From contig JANNHO010000339.1 in NCBI GenBank assembly GCA_031404435.1, positions 543-64,542 of the forward strand: a DNA stretch of 64,000 nucleotides, given 5' to 3'. Under the pieces are notes generated by a model that worked only from the letters and a program-made list of their open reading frames with translations, was not told where the DNA came from and did not search any database. The translations under genes and the position numbers were made by a program. This DNA is from Acidimicrobiaceae bacterium (GTDB lineage: Bacteria > Actinomycetota > Acidimicrobiia > Acidimicrobiales > Ilumatobacteraceae). Shown piece by piece: positions 17,643-26,522 of the stretch. Every line of letters begins with the position of its first letter. Positions within the stretch are counted from its first letter, which is position 1.

Positions 17643-19094
17643 ATGCCGATCCTTCCGCTCGGGCGGGCGTTCACCGAGGCCGCACTGCGCGACCCCGACC
17701 GCCCCGCCGTCACCGTCGACGACGTCACCACCACCCGAGCTCAGCTCGAATCGCTGGCCAACCGGATGGCCAGAGCATTTGCCGAGCTTGGTCTGAAGCT
17801 GGGTGACTACGTCACGATCGGGCTGCCGAACTCAGCAGAGTTCTTCGCCGCCACGCTTGCTGCGTGGAAGCTCGGCGCAGTGCCCCAGCCGGTGTCGCCG
17901 CGGTTGCCCAAGCGTGAGCGCGAGGCGATCGTCGAACTTGCCGGTTCGGTGCTGGTGCTCGGTGCCGACTCCGATGCGCACCCTGGCCGGGTCTGCTTGC
18001 CGGTCGGCTGGTTGCCGGACGAGTCGTTGGATGATTCGCCGCTGCCCGATGTGATCGCACCGACGTGGAAAGCGCCCACGTCTGGTGGCTCGACGGGTCG
18101 CCCGAAGCTGATCGTCGCCGGTGATCCAGGCGTCATCGACACTGACGCGCCACCGGCGATGGGAGTGCACCGCGATGGCGTGATGCTGGTCCCGGGCCCG
18201 ATGTATCACAACGCCCCGTTCAGCTACTCGGGGCGTGGTCTGGTCATGGGCAACCACATCGTCACGATGTCCCGGTTCGATGCCGCAGCCACCCTCGCCG
18301 CGGTGGAACGGCACCGGCCCGACTGGATGCTGCTAGTACCGACGATGATGCTGCGCATCTCCCGCCTCGAGGGTCACGCCGACCATGACATGTCGTCGGT
18401 GCTGGTGGTGTGGCACATGGCCGCGCCGTGCCCGCCATGGTTGAAGGAGTCATGGATCGATTGGCTCGGCGGCGAGCGGATCTTCGAGTTGTACGCAGGC
18501 ACCGAAGCCCAGTCGGTGACCGTGATCCGCGGTGACGAGTGGATGACCAGGCGCGGCTCGGTCGGTCGCCCGATCTTCGGCGAGATGAAGGTGGTCGACA
18601 CCGACGGCAACGACGCCGCGCCGGGCGAGGTCGGCGAGATCTACATGCGCGCCCCCGAAGGTATGGTCACGTACCGCTACCTCGGGGCCGACCCGAAACG
18701 CAATGATGAGGGTTGGGATTCGCTCGGCGACATGGGTTGGATCGACGTCGACGGCTACGTGTTTCTCACGGACCGGCTGGGCGACATGATCCTGTCCGGT
18801 GGTGCCAACATCTACCCGGCCGAGGTGGAGGCAGCGATCGACGAGCACCCGTCGGTGCTGTCGAGCGCAGTGATCGGCCTGCCCGACGAGGACCTCGGCA
18901 GCCGGATCCACGCGATCGTGCAACCAGCCGCCGGCTTGACGATCAGCGACGACGACCTACGTGCCCACCTAGCCGAGCGGCTCGTGCGCTACAAGATCCC
19001 GCGCACGTTCGAGTTTGTCGCGGACCCCCTGCGCGACGACGCCGGCAAGGTCCGCCGCAGCCAACTCCGCGCCGACCGCTCCGGCACGGCGTAG
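17643..19094 (+). CDS. AMP-dependent synthetase/ligase (acyl-CoA ligase)
   Basis: TSGGSTGRPKLI AMP motif, YAGTE, GDMGWIDVDGY, SGGANIYP, and a conserved Lys near the C-terminus. ATG 17643 chosen; GTG 17622 is an alternative. Confidence 0.8.
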   Translation: MPILPLGRAFTEAALRDPDRPAVTVDDVTTTRAQLESLANRMARAFAELGLKLGDYVTIGLPNSAEFFAATLAAWKLGAVPQPVSPRLPKREREAIVELAGSVLVLGADSDAHPGRVCLPVGWLPDESLDDSPLPDVIAPTWKAPTSGGSTGRPKLIVAGDPGVIDTDAPPAMGVHRDGVMLVPGPMYHNAPFSYSGRGLVMGNHIVTMSRFDAAATLAAVERHRPDWMLLVPTMMLRISRLEGHADHDMSSVLVVWHMAAPCPPWLKESWIDWLGGERIFELYAGTEAQSVTVIRGDEWMTRRGSVGRPIFGEMKVVDTDGNDAAPGEVGEIYMRAPEGMVTYRYLGADPKRNDEGWDSLGDMGWIDVDGYVFLTDRLGDMILSGGANIYPAEVEAAIDEHPSVLSSAVIGLPDEDLGSRIHAIVQPAAGLTISDDDLRAHLAERLVRYKIPRTFEFVADPLRDDAGKVRRSQLRADRSGTA

Positions 19095-19147
19095 CCGACG
19101 AGCCCGGCACCCGGCGGCCCACCAGGGCTGGTTAGGTGACTTGATCG

Positions 19148-19258
19148 TGGGTCCGGGGCTGACAAGGAGGGAACGACACCTACGGCAATTGCCATCCAGC
19201 GCGACCGGCTCTCTCACCCTCGAACTCCGGCACTTCGGTCAGTCATGCCCCGGACCCA
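19148..19258. other. long inverted repeat / structured element in a convergent intergenic region
   Basis: 12-bp perfect arms TGGGTCCGGGGC (19148-19159) and GCCCCGGACCCA (19247-19258), 87 nt apart. Partial extension CTGAC/GTCAG and an internal GGCAATTGCC palindrome. Confidence 0.35.
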
Positions 19259-19336
19259 ACCCGAATCCTACGACGGCTGCGCCCAGGTGAAAAGGCCCAA
19301 TTGTGTGACAGTCGGTCGGCCCCGGCTTGCTGGATG

Positions 19337-19744
19337 TCAAGGACTCGTGGTTGCCCCGCTGGCCTGTTGCGCCGCTTCCATTTCGGCGAGAAGCGCTGCC
19401 GGCCAACGACCACCACACCAGATCGTGTCTTTGGATATCTGGCCATCGCGCAATTTGAGGATGTGCGCCTGATGGCACATGTGGGCCACCCCTTGCTCGT
19501 CCCAGCGCAGGGTCAGTTCGACCAGTTCCCCGTCAGCCAGCGCGGTACGCCGGACATCTTCGAATCGACCCGGTTCTGCGTACCACTTGCTGAGCTCGGC
19601 TTGAACCGCCCCTGCACCCCGGACCGAATAACGCCAGTTCGGGACCGTGGCGTCGAGCACCACGTCGTCACAATAGATTTCGACGGGAATCCTCGCGGCC
19701 TCGATCCCCGCCACGAACTCGTCAACGGCACTCGTGCTCTTCAT
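19337..19744 (-). CDS. SnoaL-like / NTF2-fold protein
   Basis: Track ORF trimmed to ATG 19744 (MKSTSAVDEFV), with an AAAGG RBS-like sequence upstream. Small alpha+beta barrel-type sequence. Confidence 0.6.
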   Translation of the reverse strand: MKSTSAVDEFVAGIEAARIPVEIYCDDVVLDATVPNWRYSVRGAGAVQAELSKWYAEPGRFEDVRRTALADGELVELTLRWDEQGVAHMCHQAHILKLRDGQISKDTIWCGGRWPAALLAEMEAAQQASGATTSP

Positions 19745-19809
19745 GTCATCACCTTTCGTGTCTGTCTGTGTCTGGGTTCTCGCTGTGTCTGGTTCTGCCT
19801 GTGCCCCTG

Positions 19810-20148
19810 TCAACCTTTGACGTAGGAGAGCTTCTCGGAGATCTGGCCTCCACGAACGCGAAACACATCAACGCCCCGCACGTGTCCGTCGTCCCACGTG
19901 TATCGCCACAGCTGGACCACCCGGTCGGCCGCGGCAAACGACTCCTCCTCATGGAACGCGGCAGCATCGTTATCAAAGATCGGTTGCCACGCCGCACGGA
20001 CGGCATCCTTGCCGACGTAACGAGTGCCGTCGGGTGCGGGACCTGTGGCATCGAATATGCAGTCATCGGTGACCAGCGCCAACGCGGCGTCGAGGTCGTG
20101 TGCCGCCCAGGCTGCGCCGAACGCCGCGATGACTTCGATCTCGTTCAC
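19810..20148 (-). CDS. SnoaL-like / NTF2-fold protein
   Basis: GTG 20148 lies just after the cupin stop. NEIEVIAAFGAAWAAHDLDAALALVTDDCIFD is a typical SnoaL N-terminus. Confidence 0.62.
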   Translation of the reverse strand: MNEIEVIAAFGAAWAAHDLDAALALVTDDCIFDATGPAPDGTRYVGKDAVRAAWQPIFDNDAAAFHEEESFAAADRVVQLWRYTWDDGHVRGVDVFRVRGGQISEKLSYVKG

Positions 20149-20152
20149 GTCG

Positions 20153-20518
20153 TCAGTTTCCGGGGGTGGTGGCGTAGTTGCTCGCTCCGAACCAATCGAC
20201 CACCACCACTGCCTCGTCACCGACGACCCAGGCATCATGACCGCTGGGAAGCGAGGTGACATCGCCGGGGCCGGCGATGAATTCGGTCCCGTCGTCCATG
20301 CGGATCGCCAATCGGCCGCTGACGTGGTACTGGAAGTGGGGCGCGAGGCAGCTCGCGGTTTGAGCGATTGGTTTGACGTCGTTGGACCACCGCCACCCCG
20401 GCTCGAGCACGAGCCGACCAACCTCGGCACCGCCGATGTTGATGATCTCGGCGCGGCCATTGGGAAACTGTCTCACCTCATCAGCAGTGACAAAACTACG
20501 ATGCTCGGTACTTTGCAC
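20153..20518 (-). CDS. cupin domain protein
   Basis: 121 aa. Conserved cupin barrel pattern (..H.H..G.L......G.E....GD...LP.GH.A). GAAGGAG RBS upstream of GTG 20518. Confidence 0.75.
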   Translation of the reverse strand: MQSTEHRSFVTADEVRQFPNGRAEIINIGGAEVGRLVLEPGWRWSNDVKPIAQTASCLAPHFQYHVSGRLAIRMDDGTEFIAGPGDVTSLPSGHDAWVVGDEAVVVVDWFGASNYATTPGN

Positions 20519-20572
20519 GGCGGTTGCTCCTTCTCGGCTTGTCGGGTCCGGTACACTCGACGGTATTCAACC

Positions 20573-20588
20573 TACCTACTAGTAAGTA
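20573..20588. promoter_or_regulatory. AT-rich near-palindrome TACCTACTAGTAAGTA in the divergent TetR/cupin promoter region
   Basis: 7 of 8 positions pair. It lies in the only AT-rich stretch between the cupin start (20518) and the TetR start (20624). Confidence 0.4.
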
Positions 20589-20623
20589 AGAGGTCAAGGA
20601 AAATTTTACGCCCACACGACACC

Positions 20624-21250
20624 ATGGGGCCTGACGCGATCTTTTCAGGACTACCCGGCGATAGGGACACCGCTTCGCTGGTGCTCGATGCCGCAGAACG
20701 GCTTGTGCAGACTCGCGGGTTCAACTCGTTCAGCTACGCCGACGTCGCTCGCGAACTCGAGCTCACCAAGGCTGCGCTTCATTACCACTTCGCCACGAAG
20801 GCGGATCTTGGCGAGGCTCTGCTTGAACGCTTCGCCGCACGCTTCGCGAGCGCGCTCGACAGAATCGATGCCAAACCCGCGCGCGCGCCGGACAAGCTTG
20901 CCGCCTACGCCGACCTGTACCTCGATGTGCTGCGTCGCGACCAGATGTGCCTGTGCGGGATGCTCGCGGCCGAATACCGAACGCTGCCCGAACGCATGCA
21001 GGTGATCGTGGTCCGATTCTTCAACGACAACGAAGCTTGGCTGACGGGGGTCGTCGAGCGAGGGCAAACGGAGGGCACGATCGACGGCGCCGTATCACCT
21101 CACGACGCGGCGCGCTCGATTGTTGCTGCGTTCGAAGGTGCCATGCTGATCGCTCGGCCTTTTGGTGACGTGGCATGGTTTCAGGCCACGGCGGCCACCG
21201 TTCTCAACGGTCTGGTCAGCGCGGCCTCTGTGCCGGCTCGCGGGCAGTGA
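20624..21250 (+). CDS. TetR/AcrR family transcriptional regulator
   Basis: Track ORF 20024..21250 trimmed to ATG 20624. GFNSFSYADVARELELTKAALHYHF helix-turn-helix signature. Confidence 0.9.
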   Translation: MGPDAIFSGLPGDRDTASLVLDAAERLVQTRGFNSFSYADVARELELTKAALHYHFATKADLGEALLERFAARFASALDRIDAKPARAPDKLAAYADLYLDVLRRDQMCLCGMLAAEYRTLPERMQVIVVRFFNDNEAWLTGVVERGQTEGTIDGAVSPHDAARSIVAAFEGAMLIARPFGDVAWFQATAATVLNGLVSAASVPARGQ

Positions 21251-22184
21251 GCCGCAGCGCCAGGAGCCAGGCGGCCGCGATGGCACCCGCCCCGAACCAG
21301 GCAAACCACACCCACGTTGCAACCTCGCTAGCCGAGAACAATGAGTGATGTCGCGCGGACACCGCGACCGTCGCCACGGTGAACGCGAGCATGGCAATCG
21401 TGATCGGGATCACGTCAACCAGCGTTGCGCGTGCCGAGTATCGCCAACAGCACCAGGCGATGGCCAAGAAGGGGCCACTGTAGAACTGAGCCAGGCCGTT
21501 GCTGATCGGCCACGGCCAGGCATCGACCATGAGCTCCCGGGCCACCAACAACAACACACCGATCACCCCGTAGAACGCCGCCTGCACCTGCAGAACTCGC
21601 CGAGCGGCGATGGTCAGCGATGGGCCAGGAGATGGTGGTCCCGTGCGGCCCCGAGTCCACAGGATCAAGGCCACGCCCAGCAGCGGATACACGACGTAGG
21701 ACCCGGTCCACACCCACACCGGTGCCAGGTCGAAGTCGAATGCCTCCAGATTCAAGAGCGTGACGATGAGCAACAGGGCTGTGAAGATGATCACCGCCGG
21801 CGGCCCGGGTGTGATCTGGGACCGAAACCGGGCGATCGCACAGCAGCCCATGTAGACGGTGCCGAACAGGTAGAGCGAGGCGACGAACCGGGCGTGGAGC
21901 GGCGGTAGCAGCGCCCAGGTAAACGACTCGTCCATGCGCGCCGGGACGACGAAACCGAGGTAGGCGACGAACAACGCGGCGACGGTGATGACGCCGAAGT
22001 AGGCCCGCTCGGCCAGGTGGATTCCGGATGGCGTCGGTGCGGATTGGCCCGTGCCGTATCGTCCGCTCTCTCCCACCATGACGGCCCTCTGTCGGTGATC
22101 CGGGCCGGAATCGGCCGGTACGCGAATGGTAGTTCGCTCCACGCCACGGTTGCGTTGCTGCATCGTTTCCGGGTAGTACGACAC
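21216..22184 (-). CDS. polytopic membrane protein, function unknown
   Basis: Multiple hydrophobic segments. It follows the SDR by 36 nt on the same strand. Start uncertain (GTG 22184, ATG 22163 or 22079). Confidence 0.5.
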   Translation of the reverse strand: MSYYPETMQQRNRGVERTTIRVPADSGPDHRQRAVMVGESGRYGTGQSAPTPSGIHLAERAYFGVITVAALFVAYLGFVVPARMDESFTWALLPPLHARFVASLYLFGTVYMGCCAIARFRSQITPGPPAVIIFTALLLIVTLLNLEAFDFDLAPVWVWTGSYVVYPLLGVALILWTRGRTGPPSPGPSLTIAARRVLQVQAAFYGVIGVLLLVARELMVDAWPWPISNGLAQFYSGPFLAIAWCCWRYSARATLVDVIPITIAMLAFTVATVAVSARHHSLFSASEVATWVWFAWFGAGAIAAAWLLALRLTAREPAQRPR

Positions 22185-22220
22185 GCTAGGGCGATTCGTG
22201 ATTCGGGGGTGCCCGGCGCC

Positions 22221-23027
22221 TCAGGGGTGTTGGGAGCTGACGCTCACTACCTCGCCGGTCATGTACGAGCTGTACTGCGAGGCGAGGAACACGATGACGT
22301 TGGCGATCTCCCATGGTTCAGCGGCGCGGCCGAACGCTTCCCGTGACGTCAACTCCGTAAGCAATTCGGGCGAGGTCACCTTGGCCAGGTTGGCGTGCAT
22401 CGCCAGGCTTGGCGCCACGGCATTGATCCGCACACCGCGGGGCGCGGCTTCGATGGCCGTGCAACGGGTGAACGCCATTACCCCTGCCTTCGCCGCGGCA
22501 TAGTGCGCTTGGCCGGCCTGCGCCCGCCATCCGAGGACCGACGCGTTGTTGACGATGACGCCGGCACCACGCGGGTACATGTGTGCAAGCGCAGCCCTGG
22601 TGACCCGGAACGTACCGGTGAGGGTGACATCGAGCACCAGCGACCACTGCGCATCCGTCATCTCATGCACCTCGGCGGTACCACCGAGACCGGCGTTGTT
22701 GACAACGACATCGATCCCGCCGAGGGCCTCGGCCGCTCCATCGATCATGGCCTGCACGCTCGATTCATCGGTGACGTCGGCGACGATGCAGAGCACGCCC
22801 AACTCCTCGGCGGTCTCGCGGAGCCGCCGCTCGTGCTTGTCGGCGATCACCACCCGCGCTCCTTCGGCGAGACATCGCTGCGCTGTGGCCGAACCGATGC
22901 CGCTGCCCGCCGCGGCGGTGACGAGCACTCCTGTGCCGAGGAGCAGCCCGTGGGCCGGGGGCGGGGCGGCGGGCGGGTTCGGGCGAGGGGCGGCGGGCGG
23001 GTTCGGGCGAGGTGCCGGTGGGGTCAT
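22221..23027 (-). CDS. SDR family oxidoreductase (position equivalent to IpdF/Rv3559c)
   Basis: TAAAGSGIGSATA, NNAG, S..G......YAAAKAG. It lies immediately downstream of an acyl-CoA dehydrogenase, like Rv3560c-Rv3559c. Confidence 0.8.
   Translation of the reverse strand: MTPPAPRPNPPAAPRPNPPAAPPPAHGLLLGTGVLVTAAAGSGIGSATAQRCLAEGARVVIADKHERRLRETAEELGVLCIVADVTDESSVQAMIDGAAEALGGIDVVVNNAGLGGTAEVHEMTDAQWSLVLDVTLTGTFRVTRAALAHMYPRGAGVIVNNASVLGWRAQAGQAHYAAAKAGVMAFTRCTAIEAAPRGVRINAVAPSLAMHANLAKVTSPELLTELTSREAFGRAAEPWEIANVIVFLASQYSSYMTGEVVSVSSQHP
22963..23010 (-). repeat. perfect 24-bp x2 tandem duplication in the SDR N-terminus (APRPNPPA x2)
   Basis: ggggcggcgggcgggttcgggcga occurs twice in direct succession (22963-22986 and 22987-23010). 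Confidence 0.9.
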
Positions 23028-23055
23028 TGTCGTTGCCTTTCGAGCGGTGCGGCCA

Positions 23056-24246
23056 TCAGCGCGCCAGCCCGAGGACGCGTTCGCCGATCACGCTACGTTG
23101 GATCTCGTTCGACCCGCCGTAGATGGTGTCTGACCGCGAGAACAGGAACAGCTTCTGCTCCAACGACAGCTCGTAGTGGCCCGCCTTGCTCACGCCAGCC
23201 GGACCGATCAATCCGGCCGGTCCGAGCAGGTCGATCATGAGGTTGCACAGGTCGCGGTGCCAGGTCCCCCAGAACAACTTGGAGATGCTGGCCTCGGGCC
23301 CCGGCACCCCGGCGCCCATCGACCGCAATGCGTTCCACCGCATGAGTTGCAACCCCGTGTGCGCGGTCATGAGCCGTTGACGCATCACCGGATCGCCGGT
23401 GAGGCCGGACCGGCGCGCGAGGTCGATGACGTGGCGCACCTCGCGCTCGAAACCGACCTGCTGGGCCAGGGTGGAGATGCCGCGCTCGAAGCCGAGCAGC
23501 GTCATCGCCACGCGCCATCCGTCGCCTGGTGTGCCGACCACCATGTCGGCACCGGTGCGTGCCCCGGTGAAGAACGTCTCGTTGAACTCGCCACCACCGG
23601 TGAGCTGCACGATCGGACGGACCTCGACGCCGGGCTGGTCCATGGGCACCAGCAGCAGGCTGAGCCCGCTGTGACGCTGCGATCCCGCCTCGGTGCGCAC
23701 CAGCACGAAACACCAGTGGCTCACGTGCGCGAGCGAGGTCCACACCTTCTGGCCGTCGATCACCCACTGGTCGCCATCGAGGTGGGCGCGGGTCTGCACG
23801 TTGGCGAGATCACTGCCTGCATCGGGTTCGCTGTAGCCCTGGCACCAGCGGTGCGTTCCGTCGAGGATGCCCGGCAAGAACCGGGTGCGCTGAGCGTCGG
23901 TGCCACGCTCGATCAGCGTTGGCGCGAGTAGGTTCTCGCCCATGTGGTTGACCCGGGCTGGTGCTCCGGCGCGGCAGTACTCCTCGGCCCAGATGACCTG
24001 CTGGCCAACGGTTGCGCCCCGGCCACCGTGACGCTCCGGCCAGCCGAGACCGATCCAACCGGCCTCGCCGAGGACGCGCTCCCACCGGACGCGCGTCTCG
24101 AATCCGACGTCTTCGTCGCCCGGTCCGCCGCGGCCGCGCAACTCGGCGAACTCGCCGACCACGTGATCACCAAGCCAGCGCTGGACAAGGGAGCGGAACT
24201 GGTTGTCGGAGAGCTCGGCGAGGGGGGTGGTCAACGTGAGGCCCAT
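23056..24246 (-). CDS. acyl-CoA dehydrogenase (FadE30-like position)
   Basis: Track ORF trimmed to ATG 24246 (MGLTLTTPLAEL). WCQGYSEPDAGSDLA and GGSNEIQR ACAD motifs. Confidence 0.88.
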   Translation of the reverse strand: MGLTLTTPLAELSDNQFRSLVQRWLGDHVVGEFAELRGRGGPGDEDVGFETRVRWERVLGEAGWIGLGWPERHGGRGATVGQQVIWAEEYCRAGAPARVNHMGENLLAPTLIERGTDAQRTRFLPGILDGTHRWCQGYSEPDAGSDLANVQTRAHLDGDQWVIDGQKVWTSLAHVSHWCFVLVRTEAGSQRHSGLSLLLVPMDQPGVEVRPIVQLTGGGEFNETFFTGARTGADMVVGTPGDGWRVAMTLLGFERGISTLAQQVGFEREVRHVIDLARRSGLTGDPVMRQRLMTAHTGLQLMRWNALRSMGAGVPGPEASISKLFWGTWHRDLCNLMIDLLGPAGLIGPAGVSKAGHYELSLEQKLFLFSRSDTIYGGSNEIQRSVIGERVLGLAR

Positions 24247-24250
24247 GGTT

Positions 24251-24267
24251 TCTGACGGTCCGTCAGA
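24251..24267. promoter_or_regulatory. palindromic operator candidate TCTGACG-GTC-CGTCAGA (copy 4)
   Basis: Extended 23-bp perfect palindrome GTTTCTGACGGTCCGTCAGAAAC (24248-24270). It occupies most of the 38-nt gap between divergent starts 24246 and 24285. Confidence 0.65.
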
Positions 24268-24284
24268 AACTAGCATCGCCAAGC

Positions 24285-25328
24285 ATGGAGGCCATTGCGG
24301 GGATGAGCGACCGAATCGCGCTGGCCCATGTGGCCGGCTACGCGCAACGGGTCGAAGCGCTCGGCTACGACACCTTGCACGTCCCCGAAACCGTGCACGA
24401 CGCGATGGTGGTCTCGCTGCTCGCGCTGCAGGCAACCAAGCGCTTGCGCGTGGCGAGCAGCGTCGTCCTCGCGTTCGTGCGCAGCCCGATGCTCGTCGCC
24501 TACACGGCGTGGGACCTCGCCTCGGTGAGCGGTGGCCGATTCGAGCTCGGCCTCGGTTCGCAGATCCGCCAGAACATCGAGGGCCGCTACTCGATGCCGT
24601 GGGCCGAACCGGTTGGGCGCATGCGTGAGTACGTCGAATCGCTACGCGCGATCTGGCACTCGTTCGCCACCGGTGAGCCGCTGCACTACGTAGGCGAGCA
24701 CTACGCCTTCACCCGGCTGCAGCCGTTCTTCAACCCTGGCAACCACCAAGCAGGGGCACCTCCGGTCTTGCTCGGGGGAGTGAACGAACGGATCTGCGGG
24801 CTCGGCGGATCGCACGCCGACGCGTTCGTCACCCATCCCACCAACTCGAACCCGCGCTACCTGCGCGAGTTCTGCCTCCCTCGACTTGACGAGGCGGCCG
24901 CCGCAGCCGGCCGCCCGCGCCCGCGCGTGGTCACCGGCAGCATGTTCGTCACCGGTCGCACCGCCGTCGACGTCGCCGCGAGTCGCGAACACCTACGCGC
25001 CACCCTCGCGTTCTTGTACACCACGCCTGCGTACCGGCGGACGCTCGACCTGTTTGGATGGGCCGAACTCGGTGAGCGTTTGCAGCGGATGACCCGCGAA
25101 GGAGAGTGGGACCGACTCGACACCTTGCTCACCGACGAGGTGCTGGACGCAATCGTTCCCCAGGGCGCGTGGAACGAGCTGCCGGCGTTGGTCGAGGGGT
25201 GGTTCGGCGGTTTGGTCGATGGGGTGATGCTGCCTGTGCCGGCTGACCCGGTCAACGACGCCGAGTTCGCCGACGTCATCTCCGCCATACGGGCCATCGG
25301 ATCTGACGGCGCGTCAGAAACCGCGTAG
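24285..25328 (+). CDS. LLM-class (probably F420-dependent) oxidoreductase
   Basis: LGYDTLHVPET.HD, RFELGLGSQ and other luciferase-like motifs. 347 aa. Confidence 0.8.
   Translation: MEAIAGMSDRIALAHVAGYAQRVEALGYDTLHVPETVHDAMVVSLLALQATKRLRVASSVVLAFVRSPMLVAYTAWDLASVSGGRFELGLGSQIRQNIEGRYSMPWAEPVGRMREYVESLRAIWHSFATGEPLHYVGEHYAFTRLQPFFNPGNHQAGAPPVLLGGVNERICGLGGSHADAFVTHPTNSNPRYLREFCLPRLDEAAAAAGRPRPRVVTGSMFVTGRTAVDVAASREHLRATLAFLYTTPAYRRTLDLFGWAELGERLQRMTREGEWDRLDTLLTDEVLDAIVPQGAWNELPALVEGWFGGLVDGVMLPVPADPVNDAEFADVISAIRAIGSDGASETA
25302..25318. promoter_or_regulatory. palindromic operator candidate TCTGACG-GCG-CGTCAGA (copy 5)
   Basis: Exact 7+7 inverted repeat inside the last codons of the LLM gene. 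Its centre is 28 nt upstream of GTG 25338. Confidence 0.6.
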
Positions 25329-25337
25329 GCTCGCAGC

Positions 25338-26522
25338 GTGCATCTCGCCGAAACGCCAGACCAACAGGCGCTGCGTCAGCAACTGCGGGCGTACTTCGCC
25401 GAGCTGCTGACGCCACAGGTACGGGAGCTTCTAGGGACGCCCGGCGAGGGAAGCCCCGAGTTCCGCCGGGTGGTCCGCCAACTCGGCGCCGATGGCTGGC
25501 TCGGCCTCAGCTGGCCGGTCGAGTACGGAGGTCAGGGTCGCCCGGCCACGGACCAGTTCATCATGTTCGACGAGATCCAGCGCGCCCACGCGCCGTTCCC
25601 GTTCGTCACCGTCAACACCGTCGGGCCCGCCATCGCCGCCCACGGCACTCACGAACAGAAGGCGGCGTACCTGCCGGGCATCCTCGCCGGCGAGCTCAAC
25701 TTCGCGATCGGTTACACCGAACCAGAAGCCGGCACCGACCTGGCCAGCCTGCGCACCTCTGCCATCCGCGACGGCGACGAGTGGCTGATCAATGGCACCA
25801 AGGTGTTCACCTCGGGCGCCAACCAGGCTGATTACATCTGGCTCGCCTGCCGAACCGATCCTGACGCCCCCAAGCACAAGGGCATCAGCATCATCATCGT
25901 GCCTACATCGTCGCCGGGGTTTGCGTGGACGCCGATCGTCACCGTTGGCGACGTCTACACGACGGCCACCTACTTCACGGATGTGCGTGTGCCGATTGGC
26001 AACGTGGTCGGCGAGGCGAACGCCGGCTGGAGACTGATCACGATGCAGCTCAACCATGAACGCGTTGGACTCGCTGCGCTGTCGGGGCTCACTGAACGGC
26101 TGCTTGACGACGTGACGGAATGGGCCCGCGCCACGCCCGCCGCAGCCGATGGCAGCACCACGCGAATGATCGACGTGCCGTGGGTGCAGATCGATCTGGC
26201 TCGATGTCACGCGCTGCTGCAGGCCGTGCGATTGATGACGTGGAAGCTGGTGCGGGCGGTGAGCGACAACACGCTCAACCCGGCGCAGGCATCGAGTGTG
26301 AAGGTGTTCGGCACCGAGCAGGTGGTCAACGTGTACCGCATCCTGCAAGGTGTGTTGGGACCCATGGCGAACATGCGCGCTGGTTCGCCAGGGGCGGTGC
26401 TGCACGGTGAGCTCGAGCGTGCTGCGCGAGCGGCGCAGATCAACACGTTTGGCGGCGGGGTCAACGAGATCCAGCGCGAACTGGTGGCAACCGCCGGGCT
26501 GGGTCTCACCCGCTCGCGCTGA
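25338..26522 (+). CDS. acyl-CoA dehydrogenase
   Basis: FAIGYTEPEAGTDLASL and FGGGVNEIQRE ACAD motifs. 394 aa. Confidence 0.9.
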   Translation: MHLAETPDQQALRQQLRAYFAELLTPQVRELLGTPGEGSPEFRRVVRQLGADGWLGLSWPVEYGGQGRPATDQFIMFDEIQRAHAPFPFVTVNTVGPAIAAHGTHEQKAAYLPGILAGELNFAIGYTEPEAGTDLASLRTSAIRDGDEWLINGTKVFTSGANQADYIWLACRTDPDAPKHKGISIIIVPTSSPGFAWTPIVTVGDVYTTATYFTDVRVPIGNVVGEANAGWRLITMQLNHERVGLAALSGLTERLLDDVTEWARATPAAADGSTTRMIDVPWVQIDLARCHALLQAVRLMTWKLVRAVSDNTLNPAQASSVKVFGTEQVVNVYRILQGVLGPMANMRAGSPGAVLHGELERAARAAQINTFGGGVNEIQRELVATAGLGLTRSR

